This document shows positions 21,135 to 25,387 of a stretch of 25,387 bases of DNA, one piece after another. Position 1 is the first letter of the stretch, and every line of letters starts with the position of its first letter. The notes under the pieces were generated by a model, which worked only from the letters and a program-made list of their open reading frames with translations, was not told the DNA's origin and made no database searches. Origin of the DNA: Octopus sinensis (Eukaryota); the NCBI RefSeq assembly GCF_006345805.1, contig NW_021836184.1:1-25387 (forward strand). Reading direction: 5' to 3'. The position numbers and the translations under genes were made by a program.

Positions 21135-22321
21135 AATAAATGTTTTTATATATAAAGAACGTGAAATACAGGAAGGGACAAACACGGAACACAGACAAAT
21201 CATTCGAAGCCTTCAATCTTCAGTCAGACACCGAATCATCATAGTAAATTTCGGCTGTTCAATTCTGATATTTGCTCCAACTCGGCCAGCCCCAAGAAAA
21301 AAAACTAAGCTGTAAGCATTAGATTTCTTGGTAGAAGACAGGAATGTGAACGCACGAGACGGATGTAAATACGAGAGACGAAAACGAAATTGAAAACGGT
21401 AACGGTTAAACAAAATATAATATAACGGTGGTTGTCATACGACTTTAGACCAAATGAGACAAAAACAACAAACATAGCAGCAGGCGTAGAAATAATTACC
21501 TTTTCGGTAGAGGGGACAAATACAGATGTTGGCGAGATACGATCGCCAACGAAATGGTGGAGAAGCAGCAGGTTGCAGGGGAGAGAGAGAAAGAGAGACA
21601 GAGAGAGAGGGAATCAAAGAGGGTGGATCCACACCATCATGTCTCACAATGCTGTAAGAACGTTAAATATGAGACATAGATTGCCATTTCAATTTTTATT
21701 GTTGTTTCAATTGGGTACACGGTGTTTATATTCAAATCAACGGTTTTTCGCAATAGCAGTGCATGTACCATTCCGTTTTTCCTTTATGGTGGAGGGAAAA
21801 AATTTCACCTCGGCTAGTGACAAGCGAGTAGACATCATTGACAAACCCAAGAAAGTCGAAAGGAATTATGCATTCTCGAATATCCACGCCGGACCAATCT
21901 ATGCATCGTGGATATATTAAATATATTCTCATAACAAACTACGCATTAACTTACAAATGGCGCTGTCATATTATAACTACGTACTTGAAATACAGACATG
22001 GATATGCGCAAAATTTGTCATATATATAATCGCATATATGAAGACAGGAATGTATACACATAAACACACCCACTCCATCTCTTTGTTCCCCACCATTTAT
22101 TACTTTTTATCAATTAAGCTTTCTTCATTTATTATTTGTATATTTGCTTTCTCGTAACTAAACCCTTCAATATTTTATGTGATTAGTCTCATCCTGTTGT
22201 TATCTAGTCTGAGAAACAGCGTTTAATCTCAGATCAGCACCAAATATTTGTAATATTTTATATAAATTCAAGCAAGTACACATGCACACACAACGTGAAG
22301 AGAACGAAAAATAAGAGAGGA

Positions 22322-22367
<46 letters not shown>

Positions 22368-22371
22368 ACAG

Positions 22372-22672
22372 AGAGTCTCAGGTGCATAACTGAAAAAAAG
22401 GCTAAAAAAAAATTAGATCAAATGATATTATTAAGGAAGCAATTATTAGACAAAAACTCCATGCTGTGAGTATTTAAAATCCAGTCTAAAACAACATGCA
22501 AAATATATTAGTTAGATCAGTAGTCTGATATTATTCGACGACATTGATTATACAGATTGGAATAGATATTTCATTTTAAGTCAACTGGAGAAAATTTCAG
22601 AAACAGACAAATTTCAGTCTCATTAGTTCTCATCGGTGAATCATCCTCATTAGTTTGTGAGACGAAGAGTAA
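22372..22672 (+). repeat. Copy 1 of a ~300-bp direct repeat
   Basis: About 95% identical to 24709-25012 (about 10 substitutions plus small indels by hand count). Confidence 0.95.
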
Positions 22673-22744
22673 CAGTAGGATTAAGAGAAAGAGAGATAGA
22701 GAACGAAAAACTGCGAGAAGGTGAAAAACAGAGAGAAGAGGAAT

Positions 22745-22845
22745 CATTGGCCTCGGTATTTCACTGATAAAATGCTTGTCATCCCTGAAACTATGAAAGG
22801 CAAACTTGTCCTCAGCAATATCTGAAAAGCCGGAACAAATAACGC
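22745..22845 (-). mobile_element. Family 1 SINE central fragment, heavily diverged
   Basis: The reverse complement gctgaggacaagtttgcctttcatagtttcaggg resembles gccgaggtcgactttgcctttcatcctttcgggg. Confidence 0.55.
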
Positions 22846-22866
22846 AATGAACTTATATACACTGGT

Positions 22867-23093
22867 AAGGCGGTGAGTTGTCAGATTCGTTTGCATGCTG
22901 GACAAAATGCTTAGAAGTATTTCTACCGTCGCTACATTCTGAATTGAAACTCCGCCGGGGTCGACTTTGTCTTTCATCCTTTCGGGGTTGATGAATTAAT
23001 TACCAGTGAAACTCTGGAGTTGATGTAATCGACTAGACCCCCCGCTCCCAAATTTCAGGCCTTGTACTTTTTGTAGAAAGGATTATTATTATT
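22867..23093 (+). mobile_element. Family 1 SINE with (TTA)n tail
   Basis: Head aaggcggtgagttgtcagattcgtttgc; tail aatttcaggccttgtac...gtagaaagga-ttattattatt. Confidence 0.88.
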
Positions 23094-23680
23094 AAAGAGG
23101 CGAGATAGCAAAATCGTTAGCATGCCGGTCGAAATGCTTAGCAGTATTTCGCCTGCCATTACGTTCTGAGTTCAAATTCCGTCGAGGTCGACTTTGCCTT
23201 TCATCCTTTCAGGGTCGATTAAATAAGTACCAGTTACGCACTGGGGTCGATATAATCGACTTAATCCGTTTGTGTGTCCTTGTTTGTCCTCTCTGTGTTT
23301 AGCCCCTTGTGGGTAGTAAAGAAATAGGTATTTCGTTTGTCGCTACGTTCTGAGTTCAAATTCCACCGAGGTCGACTTTGTCTTTCATCCTTTCGGGGTC
23401 GATTAAATAAGTACCAGTTACGCACTGGGGTCGATATAATCGACTTAATCCGTTTGTGTCTCCTTGTTTGTCCTCTCTGTGTTTAGCCCCTTGTGGGTAG
23501 TAAAGAAATAGGTATTTCGTCTGTCGTTACGTTCTGAGTTCAAATTCCGCCGAGGTCGACTTTGCCTTTCATCCTTTCGAAGTCGATAAAATAAGTACCA
23601 GTGAAACACTGGTGTTGATGTATTGGACTAGCCTTCTCCCCCAAAATGTCAGGCCTTGTGCCTTTAGTGGAAAGGATTTA
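23094..23680 (+). mobile_element. Composite family 1 SINE: one head + two 184-bp headless units + final body and tail
   Basis: The unit anchor gtatttcg occurs at 23144, 23328 and 23512 (period exactly 184). Each unit has a B-box, the central domain and the alternative tail atccgtttg...gtttagccccttgtgggtagtaaagaaata. Confidence 0.92.
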
Positions 23681-23815
23681 TAGATACTGGTACAACACCG
23701 ATTTTCCAGACAATGGTGGTCTCTTGAACCTCTTATAATCCACCCTAATTTACATAGTATACACATACCCGTTTTTCATTTAATTATTTAAGTAAATTTA
23801 ATATTTATTTAATCC

Positions 23816-24033
23816 AAGGATGTGAGCTACCACATTCGTTAGTACGCCGGGCAAAATGCTTAGAGGCATTTCGTCCGTCTTTACGTTTAGAGTTCAAATT
23901 CTGCCGACGTCGACTTCGTCTTTTATCCTTTTCGGGGTCGATAAATTAAGTACCAGTTGAGCACTGCGGTCAATGTAATCGACTTACTCCTTCTCCCGAA
24001 ACTGCCGGCCTTGTTCCAAAATTTGAAACGACT
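23816..24033 (+). mobile_element. tRNA-derived SINE, family 1 (full length)
   Basis: Colinear with 12469-12688: B-box gagttcaaattc, tail gccggccttgttccaaaatttgaaac. Confidence 0.9.
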
Positions 24034-24179
24034 ATTTCTTTAATTTGAGTGCGTTGACCTAGGTGATCACTTGTGTATGCATGTAGGGTCTGTCTATCTG
24101 TCTGTCTGTCTGTCTATCTATCTATATTCAAAAGTTCAATTCTTTAACATACAGTTAAACTCCCAACACGCACACGTTT

Positions 24180-24187
24180 ACATACAC

Positions 24188-24218
<31 letters not shown>

Positions 24219-24590
24219 TGTATGTATGTATGTATGTATGTATGTATGTATATCTATGTGAGTGTGTGTGCCTGTGCACGTGTAAGAGAAAAGGAGATAG
24301 AAGGAAGCGAGAGTATTTGGAAGCGCGAGGCATGACATGAAGAATAAAAAACTGATGGGCAAATAAGACCTAATAAAGTTAGTAATATCTGTCTTAAAGA
24401 GATTCCGTGGTATAATACACACACACGCGCACACGCATGCACACACACATACACACAAACACACGCACATATATACACATAAATATACATACTTATATAT
24501 ATATGTATATATACACATACACACATATATATATAGAGAGAGAGAAAGAGAGAGAGAGAGAGATACATATATATACGTATATGGTTTCTT
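24180..24590. repeat. (TATG)n and CA/TA/GA compound microsatellites
   Basis: Seen directly. Confidence 0.9.
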
Positions 24591-24708
24591 TATGTGCATG
24601 GTAGTTATTAGTCTGTCAAAATACATTATTGTATCAAAAACATAGGTGAGAAGGAAAATGAAAAAAATACCTCAGGTGAACCTTCGGCATACTAAATACA
24701 TATGCAGT

Positions 24709-25012
24709 AGAGTCTCAGGTGCATAACTGAAAAAAGGCTAAAAAAAAAAAAAGATCAAATGATATTATTATTAAGGAAGCAATTATTAGATAAAAACTCC
24801 ATGCTGTGGGTATTTAAAATCCAGTCTAAAACAACAAGCAAAAGATATTAGTTAGATCAGTAGTCTGATATTATTCGGCGACATAGATTATACAGATTGG
24901 AATAGATATGTCATTTTAAGTCAACTGGAGAAAATTTCAGAAACAAACAAATTTCAGTCTCATTAGTTGTCATCAGTGAATCATCCTCATTAGTTTGTGA
25001 GACGAAGAGTAA
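24709..25012 (+). repeat. Copy 2 of the ~300-bp direct repeat
   Basis: See 22372-22672. Both copies end at gacgaagagtaa. Confidence 0.95.
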
Positions 25013-25049
25013 TAAATACATACATGCATACATAACATATATTCATGTA

Positions 25050-25156
25050 CACCTACTTACCTACCTACCTATCTACCTACCTACCTACCTACCTACCTGA
25101 CTACCCACCTACCTACCTCCCTACCTACCTACACTACTCACCTACCTCCCTACCTA
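25050..25156 (+). repeat. (CTAC)n microsatellite with a 29-bp internal duplication
   Basis: Seen directly; cctacctccctacctacctacactactca occurs twice. Confidence 0.92.
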
Positions 25157-25351
25157 CCTACACTACTCACCTACCTATCATTGTCAAGGACTCTACCACT
25201 GTATTCTAATACTTCTATGTTAACAAATTTTTAACACCACAAAGGCTACAGAAAGCCTTGCACTTTACTTTGGAAAATCGTTTTTAAAAAATCTGAAACC
25301 GGTCAAGTCAATAAACATCTTTAAAAGACCTCTGCATTTTCAATCATCTTC

Positions 25352-25353
<2 letters not shown>

Positions 25354-25387
<34 letters not shown>
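25354..25387. repeat. (TA)n microsatellite at the window end
   Basis: Seen directly. Confidence 0.97.

Noticed and set aside
21195-21230. Minus-strand CTGAAGA-ttgaaggcttc-GAAT, perhaps a pLTR remnant
   Set aside because: GAAA is mutated and there is no stem I or stem III pairing; too degenerate to call.
21432-21920. 162-aa + strand ORF
   Set aside because: Starts at TTG, runs through a GA microsatellite and has no recognisable domain; likely a chance ORF.
23144-23695. CRISPR-like array, or a meaningful link between the 184-bp and 182-bp periods
   Set aside because: The units are whole SINE bodies without unique spacers in eukaryotic DNA. The similar period to 3410-3772 involves unrelated sequences and is treated as coincidence.
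22372-25012. LTR retrotransposon (direct repeats as LTRs)
   Set aside because: No TG..CA termini, PBS, PPT, TSD or gag/pol remnants.

Overview
AT-rich animal genomic DNA with no host protein-coding exon that I can support. Nearly every ORF in the supplied track is either a microsatellite translation artefact or a transposon fragment. The SINE families and the extreme microsatellite density resemble octopus/coleoid cephalopod DNA; that is recall-based, not a database result. Contents from start to end: (1) a decayed Penelope-like element (RT + GIY-YIG, minus strand, ~0.8-2.1 kb). (2) A ~5 kb (AAT)n-microsatellite hotspot (6.5-11.7 kb) holding three different 5'-truncated restriction-like-endonuclease (R4/Dong-like) non-LTR retrotransposons, all on + and each ending in (AAT)n. 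One of them is fused to an unrelated non-coding repeat, and the cluster is bracketed by minus-strand tRNA-SINEs. (3) About a dozen copies of one modular tRNA-SINE family, including a headless 184-bp tandem array, plus CORE-type and other SINEs. (4) Two RTE-like LINE 3' ends. (5) A DINE-1/HINE-like (Helentron-associated) non-autonomous element. (6) Hammerhead-ribozyme-like motifs: two around a (TA)n array at 17.7-18.3 kb, one of them inside an ~81-bp-arm palindrome, and one at 20.6 kb. (7) A ~300-bp direct repeat pair 2.3 kb apart. The most interesting signals are the microsatellite-hosted retroelement cluster, the variant hammerheads with a shared (TA)n-adjacent terminus, and the tandem SINE units. 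All alignments and folds were done by eye, so boundaries are approximate.
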